Positions 11,001 through 20,982 of a stretch of 64,000 nt of DNA are shown in pieces (the first letter of the stretch is position 1; the number at the start of each line of letters is the position of its first letter). The DNA is taken from positions 46,607 through 110,606 of the forward strand of contig JAKLKB010000003.1 in the NCBI GenBank assembly GCA_023150835.1. Reading direction: 5' to 3'. Under the pieces are notes generated by a model. That model searched no databases and had not been told where the DNA came from. It saw nothing but the letters and a program-made list of their open reading frames with translations. The DNA comes from Myxococcota bacterium (GTDB lineage: Bacteria > Myxococcota_C > UBA6777). The position numbers and the translations under genes were made by a program.

Positions 11001-12285
11001 TGCATGACACCTGTGCGCTGACAAGCTCCGACGCCCACCGTACAAGGCGCGCCTACACCCGGCAATGCGCATCCCGAGACAGTGATCTGGCAGCTTTGAC
11101 GGGCATATTCGACCCCATCACCATAAACACACACATCGAAAGCATACGCTCCTGCGCTCGTTCCATTCGGCGGCGTCACGGTAATCCCCAACGAATGAGG
11201 CCCCGTTCCTGTCGTGACGTTGGTCATCGCATCACCACTGCTCAGCCACGTTGCATAACTTGGCGGCTGATCTTTGCACAGTTCGATGCTTAGGCGGCTA
11301 ATGGTCGAAGACAGCGCTTGCACGGTTTGTTGGATGAATTGAGCGATGTTGGCATTGTTCGGAAGATTGCCTTGTTGATCGAGTTGGTAAGCGTTGCCCA
11401 ACGTTGTTTTCGAGTGCGTCTGCCAAAACTCAAAGACCCGCAACGGCGGCCCTCCGCCAAGACTGAGCTTGTCGGGACCGCTATAAAGCGTGATTAGCGT
11501 GATGTTGTTGTTCTTGAGTCCGTTGATGGTATCGATCCACTTGATGTCATCGGCATTTCCAGCTACGCCATCTCGCCCGGGATCAGGCCCTGTCGTCAAG
11601 GTGTACGGATTCACCACCAAACTACATTCGTGTGGAAGCGCATCGCCATACAACACAACGAAACGCTTCGATCCTGCGCGCCATCCGACGTTTGTATCGT
11701 TGTAAAGCTCCCATAGCGCCCGACCATACGAAGCGGGATAATCTGTGTTGGGGTCTGTGCTGATCGTCCACGTGTTGATCGCGTTCGAAACGGCTGTCTT
11801 GTTGACGGTTATCCCTTGATCCAAACGATACGGATAGTCTTGGCCCGAACCGTACAACACCGCACCGCCTGTCGAGGTTTGGTAATTACAATATTTATAC
11901 GAGTTTCTGTAATCCTTAAAAGAAAAAGCCCCGAAATAAGTATCTGGGATCGCTGTCGTAATCTGGTTCATAATGCTTGTGGAGGTGGCTTTGGCCTTTG
12001 CCACCTCATCCACCATCGAAGATGTCAAGTCACTCCCAAAGATCACATCCGCCTTGGGTGGAACGGACGGCAGCGTCAGCGAGATCGTGCGGCGGATGCT
12101 TTGCCCTGCCGTCAACGTATCGTTGCAAAGGTTGGTTGCGGCTTGCTGCACAACGCCCAACGCTGGCTCGCCTGTGTCCTTGTTTTTGCCTGTGATATCG
12201 GCTTGGTCGGGAGACACACAAGCCCAACTCCACCAAAATACCCCCATCCATACCATCCACGAACGCTGCTTCCACATACGCATAC
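5009..12285 (-). CDS. Giant secreted multidomain protein: signal peptide, vWA, about 20 Myxococcus cysteine-rich repeats, EGF-like Cys-rich modules, internal MYXO-CTERM-like tail, lipoprotein-like signal, repeated beta-sandwich domains and C-terminal vWA
   Basis: The ORF is 2506 aa from 12529. The likely true start is MRMWKQRSW at 12285, which has a GAGGAGAGGGAAG RBS and lies downstream of an intergenic repeat copy. Repeats of CDGxDNxCxGxxDE and CTVGxGxCxRxG are visible. PGGCGCSATQPPAERAFWVIGLLLLFVLRRRKGE sits mid-protein (coding about 8060-8170). It is followed by FFAILSVLAMGSGC (about 7885-7960). A DDSFSM MIDAS motif lies near the C-terminus. Confidence 0.7.
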
Positions 12286-12477
12286 TTCCCTCTCCTCTCA
12301 CACGCCTCTGTCGTTGCGCTCGCCAAACCAAGCAGACCGCGCACCCACACAGAACAAACAAAGCGGCCATACCGCACCTTGTCGAACCCCAAACCAAACC
12401 GCTCAAAAAAACTTTTATACACCCGCCTTTGAAGATTTCATCCCCACAAATCCCCCATGTTCGGACCACTTCAAGCG

Positions 12478-12592
12478 ACTCAGACGTCGGTTTGAAAAAA
12501 CGATGTTCTCTTCGCCTACACAGGGTCAAGGGAGCCGCGCTCTATGGCGGGGCGTGGGGCAGCGCCCCATACGCGCCTTGTTAAGGTGGAAA
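12478..12592 (-). repeat. Structured intergenic repeat family 1, copy E (5' leader of giant protein gene)
   Basis: Shares the blocks ggggcgctgcccc ... gcggctcccttgaccc(t/c)gtgt(a/t)ggcgaa.ag.acatcgtttttcaaacc.acg with five other copies. It is co-oriented with the gene downstream. Confidence 0.8.
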
Positions 12593-12825
12593 CCTCGTAG
12601 AGTCGGTCTTGATCGCCTTTTTTTTTCTCCCCCCCTCAATCCCCCCGGCCAACGGGGGGAAGTTGGAACGGGCAGCGTCTGCATCTCGTGCATACAGCGT
12701 GCGTCATGAAAAAACAAAATCCCCGATGCTTCCGACTTTCGCTCCTTCCCCTGTTCACGGGGGAGGGCGGGGTGGGGGGCTTTCCTCCGCTTCACCTAAC
12801 GCCTATGGGGCAGCGCCCCACAAAT

Positions 12826-12877
12826 CTATCCAACCCATCCAACCTATCCGACCTATCCGACATATCCAACTGCACCA
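12826..12877. repeat. Tandem octamer array (c/t)atccaacc / atccgacc, 5-6 units, in the divergent promoter region
   Basis: tatccaacccatccaacctatccgacctatccgacatatccaactg is seen directly. The array lies between the divergently transcribed giant protein gene and the lipoprotein gene at 13115. Confidence 0.7.
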
Positions 12878-13114
12878 CCCCGCAGCGGAAAAAAAATGAG
12901 AGCTTTTTTTTTCGCTTCGACAACCCTCCCCGAAAACGCGATCTGCTTTTGGGGATAGCCTCGCCCCACCAAAGCAAACCCCAATAACGGAACTTTTGCT
13001 ACACAAAATATTTCGTTATCATGGATTCGCTTATCTTCACTATCTGAGGCAAAAAAAAACTTTTTTCTTGCTAGAAAACGCGAATAGACTGGATCACCAA
13101 GAAAGGATTCTTCG

Positions 13115-14590
13115 ATGCAGACGAAGCGACTTTTTTATCTTTTGACGCTCCTTGGTCTGATGGCTGTCCCTCATCTGATGGTGTCGGGTTGTGCAAGTCC
13201 CCGTTGTGGCGATGGTATCGTTCAGAAGGATTACACCGACTCAAGCGGTGCGACTGTGACGGAAGAATGTGATGACGGAAACAGCGACAACACCGATGGT
13301 TGCACCAGTTCGTGCAAGCTGGCCGTCTGCGGGGATGGGTATATCCAAACAGGGGTGGAAGAGTGCGACAACGGCAGCAAAAATGCCGATGATGCGACGT
13401 GTACCAAGTCGTGCAAGATCGCCAAGTGCGGTGACGGCCTTGTCCAAAAAGGTGAAGAGTGCGACGACGGCAACACCAACAACAACGATGCTTGCCTCAA
13501 CACCTGCGTCAAAGCCACCTGTGGCGATGGCTTCGTTCAAAAAGATGTTGAAGAGTGCGATGACGCCAACAAAAACAACAACGATTCTTGTACAAACGCT
13601 TGCAAACTAAACGTCTGTGGGGACGGCTTTGTGCATATAGGTGTTGAAGCCTGTGACGATGGAAACCAAGAAGACACCGATGGTTGCACCAAGCTTTGCC
13701 GCCTTCCGACTTGCGGCGATGGCATCGTCCAAAAAGGCGAAGAGTGCGACGACGGCAACAACACCAACACCGATGCTTGCCTCAATACTTGCATCAAAGC
13801 CTCTTGTGGCGATGGTATCATCCAAGCCGGAACCGAAGAGTGCGATGACGCCAACAAAAACAACAACGACGGATGCACCAACACTTGCAAGATCGCCAAA
13901 TGCGGTGATGGTTTCGTCCAAAAAGATGTCGAAGAATGCGACAACGGCCCCAACAACAGCGACACAGGCTCCTGCACAACCGCTTGCAAAAAAGCCACTT
14001 GCGGCGACGGCTTTGTCCAACCGGGCGAAGAGTGCGACGACGGCCCGAACAACAGCAACACAGGCGCTTGTACGCTTGCTTGTAAAAAAGCCAAGTGCGG
14101 TGACGGCCTTGTCCAAAAAGGCGTCGAAGAATGCGACGACGGCAACACCAACGACGGGGATTGGTGCAACGCAACCTGCAAACGCGAGTGCATCCTTGGA
14201 AGCGCCAAAAAACTCGATGGCAACAGTTGTTATATGGCCTTTAACACCACGCTATCTTGGCGTGACGCAGCAGCCGCTTGTTCGATCGTCGGAGCGCACC
14301 TTGCCAACATCGGAAGCGCCGCCGAAAACACCCTTGTCACCGACTTGATCAAGACAGGCGCAGCCGCTTGGATCGGTTTGACCGATCAATACGGCGAAGG
14401 CACCTTTGTTTGGGACGAAGGCAAAAACCGCTATACCGCCCCCACCTTTACCAAATGGGCCGCCAACCAACCCGACAACAACCCGGGCGGCAACGCAAAC
14501 TGCGCGCAGATATCCACCACAGGCGACTGGTCTGACGAAGCCTGCACCCAACTCAAACCCTACGTTTGCAAATACACTTGGCCTCAATAG
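13115..14590 (+). CDS. Lipoprotein with about 9 Myxococcus cysteine-rich repeats and a C-terminal C-type lectin-like domain
   Basis: Signal peptide with a VSGC lipobox. Repeats of CGDGxVQxGEECDDGNxxNNDxCxxxC. The C-terminus WIGLTDQYGEGTFVWDEG...CAQISTTGDWSDEAC...YVCK matches the C-type lectin WIGL / WxD / Cys pattern. RBS AAGAAAGGA. Confidence 0.8.
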   Translation: MQTKRLFYLLTLLGLMAVPHLMVSGCASPRCGDGIVQKDYTDSSGATVTEECDDGNSDNTDGCTSSCKLAVCGDGYIQTGVEECDNGSKNADDATCTKSCKIAKCGDGLVQKGEECDDGNTNNNDACLNTCVKATCGDGFVQKDVEECDDANKNNNDSCTNACKLNVCGDGFVHIGVEACDDGNQEDTDGCTKLCRLPTCGDGIVQKGEECDDGNNTNTDACLNTCIKASCGDGIIQAGTEECDDANKNNNDGCTNTCKIAKCGDGFVQKDVEECDNGPNNSDTGSCTTACKKATCGDGFVQPGEECDDGPNNSNTGACTLACKKAKCGDGLVQKGVEECDDGNTNDGDWCNATCKRECILGSAKKLDGNSCYMAFNTTLSWRDAAAACSIVGAHLANIGSAAENTLVTDLIKTGAAAWIGLTDQYGEGTFVWDEGKNRYTAPTFTKWAANQPDNNPGGNANCAQISTTGDWSDEACTQLKPYVCKYTWPQ

Positions 14591-14646
14591 CGAAGATGCC
14601 CTCCCTCCGTTTTCAACAGTTTTGCTCCGCTGAGGAGGTTTTTTCC

Positions 14647-17600
14647 ATGAGGCGATTCATTCTTTCCATCATCGGCATCCTTTGGATCGCCATCGCAGCC
14701 ACTTCGTGCGGCCCCGGCCCGTACTGCGGCGATGGAATCCCCCAAGAAGGCGAAGAATGCGACGATGGCAACTCCATCAATACCGATGGCTGTACTGCGG
14801 CTTGCAAAAAAGCCGTATGCGGCGACGGTTACATCCAAAAAGGCGTCGAAGAGTGCGATGATGGCAACAAAAACGCCGATGACGCCGCTTGTTCCAAATC
14901 CTGCAAACGCTCTCTTTGTGGCGATGGCATCGTCCAAAAAGGCGAAGAGTGCGACGACGGCAACAAAAACAACAACGATGAATGTACCAACGCTTGCACC
15001 AAAGCCACTTGTGGCGATGGCATCGTCCAAAAAGGCGAAGAATGCGACGACGGCAACAAAAACAACAACGATGAATGTACCAACGCCTGCAAACTCAACG
15101 TCTGCGGTGATGGCTTTGTCTTCGTTGGTGTCGAAGAGTGCGACGATGGCAACAAAAACGATGGCGACGGCTGCTCGAATCAATGCAAAGGCAGTCGCTG
15201 TGGTGATGGTGTTGTCCAAGCCAACGAAGCCTGCGATGACGGCAACAAAAGCAACAACGACGCTTGCTTAAACAATTGCACAAAAGCCCGTTGTGGCGAT
15301 GGTATCGTCCATCTCGGCGTCGAGTTGTGCGATGACGGCAAAGACAACGGCCCCGGCAAAAAATGTACAGCCCAATGCACGCTCCCGACTTGCGGCGATG
15401 GCATCGTCCAAGCTGGCGAACAATGCGACGACGGCAACGCTTCCAACAACGACGCTTGCCTCAATACCTGCGTCAAGTCCTCCTGCGGTGATGGCTTTGT
15501 CCAACCGGGCGAAGAGTGCGATGATGGCAACAAAAACAACCACGACGGCTGCACCAACGACTGCAAGATCGCCCGTTGTGGCGATGGCATCGTTCAAATC
15601 GGTGTCGAAGAGTGCGATGATGGCAACAAAAACAACCACGACGGCTGCCTCAATACCTGCAAACGCGCTGTTTGTGGCGACGGTGTTGTGCGCGCAGGCA
15701 TCGAAGACTGCGATGACGCCAACCGCGATAACACCGATGGCTGCTTGATTAACTGTCGATCGTATGATCCATGCGCCAACTTTCAGATCGATCAACTACA
15801 ACCTGCCGTCGCTTGCGTGGGACTTGTGCCCAACCGCATCAAGATCCTTGGCGATGGCTTCTTGCGTATCGACGGAACCGATCCCACCGTTCGTTTCCAA
15901 GGCAACCCCCTCACGATCACCAGTCTTACACAATGCCAGCCCGAACAAGGCAACTTCTTGCGCATCGATCGCTGCAAAGAGATCGAAGTCGCCCTCCCCG
16001 CTGGCCTCGGCGCAGGGGCCTATCAAGTGGCCGTCACCAACGCCACCACCAAACAATGCGAAGCCAAGGCGATCTTTAGTGTTGGCCCTCGACCCACTAT
16101 CACCCAAGTCCGTCCCAACGAGACTTGCGAAGGCCGCTTGACCAGCTTTACTTTGCTCGGAACAGGCTTTACCCCAAGCACTCAAGTGACATTCCGTCGC
16201 GGTGGCAATACCTTTTCTCCCAACAGCTTCCGTTATGTCAGCGCCACCGAGATCGAAGTGATCTTTAACGCCCTTGATCCCGGACAATACGACGTCACCG
16301 TCTCCAACGGTGCGGGTTGTGATTCCACGCTACCGCTTGCAGTGACGGTCTACAAAAATCCCCTTGTCTTCTTTGTCGATCCCGAAGTGGCTTACAACCA
16401 GATCAGCCTTCAAGCGACACTCTACTTGACAGGACTCAACGGCCCGGGCGTCACCTTTGTCGGTATCCGCCGCAGTGGTTCAGGAGATCCCTTTACCAGC
16501 GTGTCCTTTACCTTTGACCCAAGCCGCCCAAGCAAAACGCTAATCGAGTTGCCCAAGAACCTCACCCCCGACGAATACGACGTGTTGGTGCGGGATGCCA
16601 AAACGTGCGAAAACACCCTTCCCAAGGGCTTTAAGGCAACCAACACCACGACGCTCTTTGTCAAAGCCATCGATCCGCCCTTTGGTTGGGCGCAAACCGA
16701 AACAGCCGTCACACTCACCTCCGAAAATCCAGCCCCCGCTGGCAAAGTTCCCTTTCAAAACGGCGTCCGTGTCTACCTCAGCCCAAGCACAGGAACAGGG
16801 CTTTCCTCACCGCTCAACGCGGTAGCCTTTGTCAAATCCACCGAAGTGACGGGCCTCGTCCCCAAACTTCCTGTCGGCGAATATGACGTTGTCGCCGTAA
16901 ATCCCGATGGAACAGTCGGTGTTCTACAAAAAGGCTTCCGCATCACCCAAGAAGCCCCTCCCGTCATCGCCAGCATCGCTCCCGGATCGATCCCCAACTC
17001 CAGCACCGAAACCGTGATCGTGCGTGGCCAAGGCTTCCGAACAGGAGCCACGGCCCAACTCGAATGTCGCGATCCTGCCGGAACGATCACCACACGAACG
17101 ATCCCCATCACCAACACCCAAAGCACTCAAGTCACGCTGTCTATCGCTTCGGGGATATCCGCAGGCTCCGTTTGCATCGTTCGCGTCACCAATACGGACG
17201 GAACCTACGGCGAATTCTCGGCGCTTGGTGTGACGAACCCCGCCGAAAATATCGGTGCGCCCAAGCTGTTGACCTCCAACCTTGTGACGGGACGCCGCGC
17301 CTTGGCCGCCATCTCAGGGCGTCCCACACTCAGCGCACGCTTTCTCTACGTCTTGGGTGGCGATACAGGAACCGTCGCAAACGCCCTTGATTCCGTCGAA
17401 GCCGCACCCGTCAACCGTTTCGGAGACGTCGGCGCATGGGCCGCCCTCCCCGTAAAACTTCCCAACCGACTGACCTTTGCCTCGGCCCAACGCATCGAAC
17501 GATTCATCTATATCGTCGGCGGAAACAACGGTGCATCAGCGCAAAACAAAGCCTACCGTGCCGAAGTCTTGCGCCCAAGCGATGCTCCGCAGATCCGCGA

Positions 17601-18660
17601 TGTCACCATCGAAGTGGATGACAATATCGGACTCGGCATAGGTTTATGGTACTATCGTGTCTCGGCTGTCATGGCGGCAAACGATCTCAACAACCCGAAC
17701 GGCGAAACACTTCCGAGCGAACCGCTACCGTTTAAACTTCCTGCAACGTTCTTGAAAAAAGTGCAGATCACCTTGCAATGGACCCCGATCACAGGAGCCG
17801 CCAAATACCGCATCTATCGCAGCCCCACTCCGAACCTGATCTCTGGTCAAGAACAACTGATCGGCGAAGTCAACGCACCGACCACCCAATACACCGACCG
17901 TAACGCAACAGCTACGGCTCCAATCCCTCGCCGCATCGGAGCCTTGGGCGAATGGATCACTCTCCCTGATCTGGGTGTTGCTCGCGAAGGATTGGGCCTT
18001 GGCCTTGGGCGCGATCCCAACAATGCAAACCTCTGGTATCTCTACGCCGTCGGAGGCCGCAACAGCACAACCGCCCACCGCAGCTACGAATACCTTTCGG
18101 TCACCCTCGACGCACAAGGCAATCAAACCGTCGGAGCTTCGTGGACTCAAGATGCAACGAACTTATTCGCACAAGGTCGCTGGCAAATGGCTGCTTATTC
18201 CGTAGATGAAGTCGCAACCACTCGCTACGGCAGCAACGAGACGTGGATCTACGCAGGCCCGGGCGCAAACCAAGCGGCAAACGCAGGAATAGGCGATGTC
18301 GATGCTGGAAAAGTCCAATCAGGCGGAAAACTGGGAACGTGGATCTCTGTTGACTCCGTCGGTGGGCAAAGTTGGACAGGCTACGGTTTTGCCGCTGTTG
18401 CCAACCAACTCTTCTTGTTCGGCGGACAGGGCTTTGCCCCAAGTGGTAGCGTCAACTCCGCCTTGCTTTGTGGGATCGGACTCGCCTGTGGGGGTGGAGC
18501 CTCTGATCCACCCGACCTTCGCAACTGGAACGCCGCCGGTGTCAGCCTCTCGACACCCCGCTACCTGATGGGAAGCATCCTCGAAAGCGGACACATCTAT
18601 CTCGTCGCAGGAGCCGTATCAAACGGCGTATCCAACACCCTCGAAAGTAGCGTGTGGTAG
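14647..18660 (+). CDS. Large lipoprotein: about 13 Myxococcus cysteine-rich repeats, IPT/TIG-like beta-sandwich domains and Kelch-like repeats
   Basis: The start at 14647 has a GAGGAGG RBS and a signal peptide with an ATSC lipobox. The repeat series is as in the upstream gene. Later come repeated beta-strand-rich modules and Kelch-like YVLGG/YIVGG/YAVGG/LFLFGG motifs. Confidence 0.75.
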   Translation: MRRFILSIIGILWIAIAATSCGPGPYCGDGIPQEGEECDDGNSINTDGCTAACKKAVCGDGYIQKGVEECDDGNKNADDAACSKSCKRSLCGDGIVQKGEECDDGNKNNNDECTNACTKATCGDGIVQKGEECDDGNKNNNDECTNACKLNVCGDGFVFVGVEECDDGNKNDGDGCSNQCKGSRCGDGVVQANEACDDGNKSNNDACLNNCTKARCGDGIVHLGVELCDDGKDNGPGKKCTAQCTLPTCGDGIVQAGEQCDDGNASNNDACLNTCVKSSCGDGFVQPGEECDDGNKNNHDGCTNDCKIARCGDGIVQIGVEECDDGNKNNHDGCLNTCKRAVCGDGVVRAGIEDCDDANRDNTDGCLINCRSYDPCANFQIDQLQPAVACVGLVPNRIKILGDGFLRIDGTDPTVRFQGNPLTITSLTQCQPEQGNFLRIDRCKEIEVALPAGLGAGAYQVAVTNATTKQCEAKAIFSVGPRPTITQVRPNETCEGRLTSFTLLGTGFTPSTQVTFRRGGNTFSPNSFRYVSATEIEVIFNALDPGQYDVTVSNGAGCDSTLPLAVTVYKNPLVFFVDPEVAYNQISLQATLYLTGLNGPGVTFVGIRRSGSGDPFTSVSFTFDPSRPSKTLIELPKNLTPDEYDVLVRDAKTCENTLPKGFKATNTTTLFVKAIDPPFGWAQTETAVTLTSENPAPAGKVPFQNGVRVYLSPSTGTGLSSPLNAVAFVKSTEVTGLVPKLPVGEYDVVAVNPDGTVGVLQKGFRITQEAPPVIASIAPGSIPNSSTETVIVRGQGFRTGATAQLECRDPAGTITTRTIPITNTQSTQVTLSIASGISAGSVCIVRVTNTDGTYGEFSALGVTNPAENIGAPKLLTSNLVTGRRALAAISGRPTLSARFLYVLGGDTGTVANALDSVEAAPVNRFGDVGAWAALPVKLPNRLTFASAQRIERFIYIVGGNNGASAQNKAYRAEVLRPSDAPQIRDVTIEVDDNIGLGIGLWYYRVSAVMAANDLNNPNGETLPSEPLPFKLPATFLKKVQITLQWTPITGAAKYRIYRSPTPNLISGQEQLIGEVNAPTTQYTDRNATATAPIPRRIGALGEWITLPDLGVAREGLGLGLGRDPNNANLWYLYAVGGRNSTTAHRSYEYLSVTLDAQGNQTVGASWTQDATNLFAQGRWQMAAYSVDEVATTRYGSNETWIYAGPGANQAANAGIGDVDAGKVQSGGKLGTWISVDSVGGQSWTGYGFAAVANQLFLFGGQGFAPSGSVNSALLCGIGLACGGGASDPPDLRNWNAAGVSLSTPRYLMGSILESGHIYLVAGAVSNGVSNTLESSVW

Positions 18661-19011
18661 CTCTCCCACTTGTTCCCTCCCCCTACCTCGCAGCAAACAT
18701 CCGCCCAAATCCCCATCGTTCACGATATCACCCGCCCATCCTTTTCCGTCGCAGCCCGCTGGTTTGAAAAGCGATCAAAAAGCAATGATCGCGCAGATAG
18801 AACACGTTCCAAAAAAAGCAGCAAGCACGCGACACCACAAGGCAAGCAAAAAAAACAAGAAAATACGGCAACTTCTGAAAAACGAACGCGATAACTTTAC
18901 CGAAAGCCAAAGGACAGCTACGCAAGCGATGCAGACCACCACAAAGCAACGCAAACCGCCTACCGACCGCCTTCGGCAAACCATGCTTCTCCAACACAAA
19001 AGAGGGATTCC

Positions 19012-20679
19012 ATGAGCATCAATAACATCCGTCAAAACAGTGCTTTTTCTTCTGCCTTCCAAGGTGCGATGGGACAAGGGATCCAGTCGTGGGGAGCCTC
19101 CTTCTCCACTTCGTCCGTTTCAAAAAGTGGTGCGTCTGCCGAAGGAAACCAAGGCGCAACGGGCGCAGCAGCCGCAGCATTCGCACAATTTCAAAATAAC
19201 AGCTTTGGCGCTTTTGCAACCTCGGCTTCTTTCGGACAAGGCGCGCTCAACCTCGACAAACAGGGCTTTTTGAATAAACCCGAAGCCGCTGGACAAGCCG
19301 GTGGACTCGGCCAAGCCATGAAAAGCCTTGAACAACTTTCCAAGTCCGTCGATCAACTTTGGAACCAAGTGACGGGCGGCAAAGGTGCAGAAGGTGGCAA
19401 AGGTGCAGAAGGCGGACAAGCCGCACCACAAATGCCGACATTCGCAGGCCCCCAAGCTCCCGCCGCTCCCGCTGGTGGCCCCCAAGCTCCCGCCGCTCCC
19501 GCTGGTGGTCCCCAAGCCCCCGCCGCTTCTGCTGGTGGTCCCCAAGCCCCCGCAGGCGCTCCCCCCGCAGCGGGCGACCAAGGCGTGGCTCCAACCACAG
19601 ACAAAGGAGCCAACGAAAACAAAGGCCTCGGCGAAACACTCCAAAAAGCCTTCCAACAGATCTTCCAACAGATCAATCAGATGATGGATCTCCTCAAAAA
19701 CATCACCAAGATGGCCCAAGAAGCCAACCGTCCCCAAGCCCCCGCTGGTGCGGGCGGCGCAGGTGGTGAGGGAGCCGAAGGCGAAGAAGGCGCGGGCGGC
19801 GCGGGTGGCGCGGGTGGCGGCGGTGGCGCTGGCAAAGCCGGTGGCGGCGGTGGCGCTGGCAAAGCCGGTGGCGGCGGTGGCGCTGGCAAAGCCGGTGGCG
19901 CTGGCAAAGGCATGGATGCCCGAAACGCCAACGCAAAAGTTCCCATGAAACAAGCCCAAGCCCCACGCCCTCGCGGTTCTGACGCAGCCGCAAAAGCACA
20001 AGGAGCCGGTGGCGCACAAGGAGCAGGCGGCGCACAAGGAGCAGGCGGCGCGGGCGATGTCAAACAAGTCGTTGGCGATGCAATGAAAAAACTGGCCGAC
20101 AAATTGGGCGACAAGATCGGAAACAAAGTCGGAGCCAAGATCGGCGCAGAAGTCAGCAAAGCCTTCGGAAAAGAAACAGGCGAAGCCGTCCAAAAAGCGG
20201 TCAGCCAAATGATCGACAAAGCCGTCGAGCAAGTCATGGGCAAAGCCATCGACAAGATGCTCAACCCCCAAGCCAACGGCGAGGCACCCGCTGCTGCTGG
20301 CGCTGGACAACCCGCCGCTCCTGCTGCTGGCGCTGGTCAACCCGCCGCTCCTGCTGCTGGCGCTGGTCAACCCGCCGCTCCTGCTGCTGGCGCTGGTCAA
20401 CCCGCCGCTCCTGCCGCTGGACAACCCGCTGCTCCCGCTGGATTCGCACAGCAACCGACCCAAGCAGGCAATCCTCCCCAAGATATCGCCAAGATGCTTG
20501 AAGGACTCGCCAAAGAGATCGAAGGACTCAGCAAACAGATCGGTGAATTCGCGGACAAGACCTTCGGAAAAGATGTGGGCGCGACTTCCCAACAAGCCGC
20601 CGGAGCCGCCCTCGATCAAAACGTCCAACAAAGCGTCAGCTTCGCCGCTTTCAGCGCCTTCCAAACCTTCCAAGCCTAA
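19012..20679 (+). CDS. Low-complexity Ala/Gly/Gln/Pro-rich protein with several perfect in-frame tandem repeats (disordered, function unknown)
   Basis: Good AAGAGGGA RBS and no signal peptide. 3x GGPQAPAAPA, 3x GGGGGAGKAG and 4x GAGQPAAPAA repeats are encoded by perfect 27-30-bp DNA repeats. Both termini are Phe/Ser/Gln-rich. Confidence 0.65.
   Translation: MSINNIRQNSAFSSAFQGAMGQGIQSWGASFSTSSVSKSGASAEGNQGATGAAAAAFAQFQNNSFGAFATSASFGQGALNLDKQGFLNKPEAAGQAGGLGQAMKSLEQLSKSVDQLWNQVTGGKGAEGGKGAEGGQAAPQMPTFAGPQAPAAPAGGPQAPAAPAGGPQAPAASAGGPQAPAGAPPAAGDQGVAPTTDKGANENKGLGETLQKAFQQIFQQINQMMDLLKNITKMAQEANRPQAPAGAGGAGGEGAEGEEGAGGAGGAGGGGGAGKAGGGGGAGKAGGGGGAGKAGGAGKGMDARNANAKVPMKQAQAPRPRGSDAAAKAQGAGGAQGAGGAQGAGGAGDVKQVVGDAMKKLADKLGDKIGNKVGAKIGAEVSKAFGKETGEAVQKAVSQMIDKAVEQVMGKAIDKMLNPQANGEAPAAAGAGQPAAPAAGAGQPAAPAAGAGQPAAPAAGAGQPAAPAAGQPAAPAGFAQQPTQAGNPPQDIAKMLEGLAKEIEGLSKQIGEFADKTFGKDVGATSQQAAGAALDQNVQQSVSFAAFSAFQTFQA
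20311..20430 (+). repeat. 4x perfect 30-bp coding tandem repeat (cccgccgctcctgctgctggcgctggtcaa)
   Basis: Seen directly. Similar 30-bp (about 19450-19560) and 27-bp (about 19810-19900) arrays occur in the same gene. Confidence 0.85.
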
Positions 20680-20723
20680 GACGAAATCCGCCCTTTTCTT
20701 TACACGAGCGAAACAGCCCGATA

Positions 20724-20835
20724 GAGGGGCGCTGCCCCTCACCCCGCAAGGGAGCTTTGCCCCCTTGAACCCGTGTTGGCGAACAGAACATCGTTTTTCA
20801 TACAAACGACGCTCTCGCTTGAACGTCCGAAAACA
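20724..20835 (+). repeat. Structured intergenic repeat family 1, copy A (between low-complexity gene and D-aminoacylase gene)
   Basis: gaggggcgctgcccctc hairpin, caagggagc...cccttga hairpin, and ccgtgttggcgaac ... gcgaacacgg-type long-range complement. It is co-oriented with the downstream gene. Confidence 0.8.
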
Positions 20836-20982
20836 TGGGGACTTCTGCACCCTGCGTTACTCACCCAACACCATCCCACATCCCCCCATATCCCGCTTTC
20901 TCCCTCTTGACATCACCCCTCCACAAAAAGCAAAACAAGACAAGCATTTGGATCAACCGCGATCTTCAAAGAGAGGGCAAGG

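Noticed and set aside
13537-15795. Minus-strand ORFs (13537-14223, 14584-15219, 15268-15795 and others) inside the Cys-rich-repeat lipoprotein genes
   Set aside because: They are shadow ORFs of the repeat-encoding DNA. They have no starts with an RBS, and their translations are repetitive HSS / PSPQ strings.
19120-20850. 576-aa minus-strand ORF antisense to the low-complexity gene
   Set aside because: It mirrors the repeat structure of the plus-strand gene. The plus-strand gene has a strong RBS and conserved termini, while the minus-strand translation is Cys/Arg-rich nonsense.
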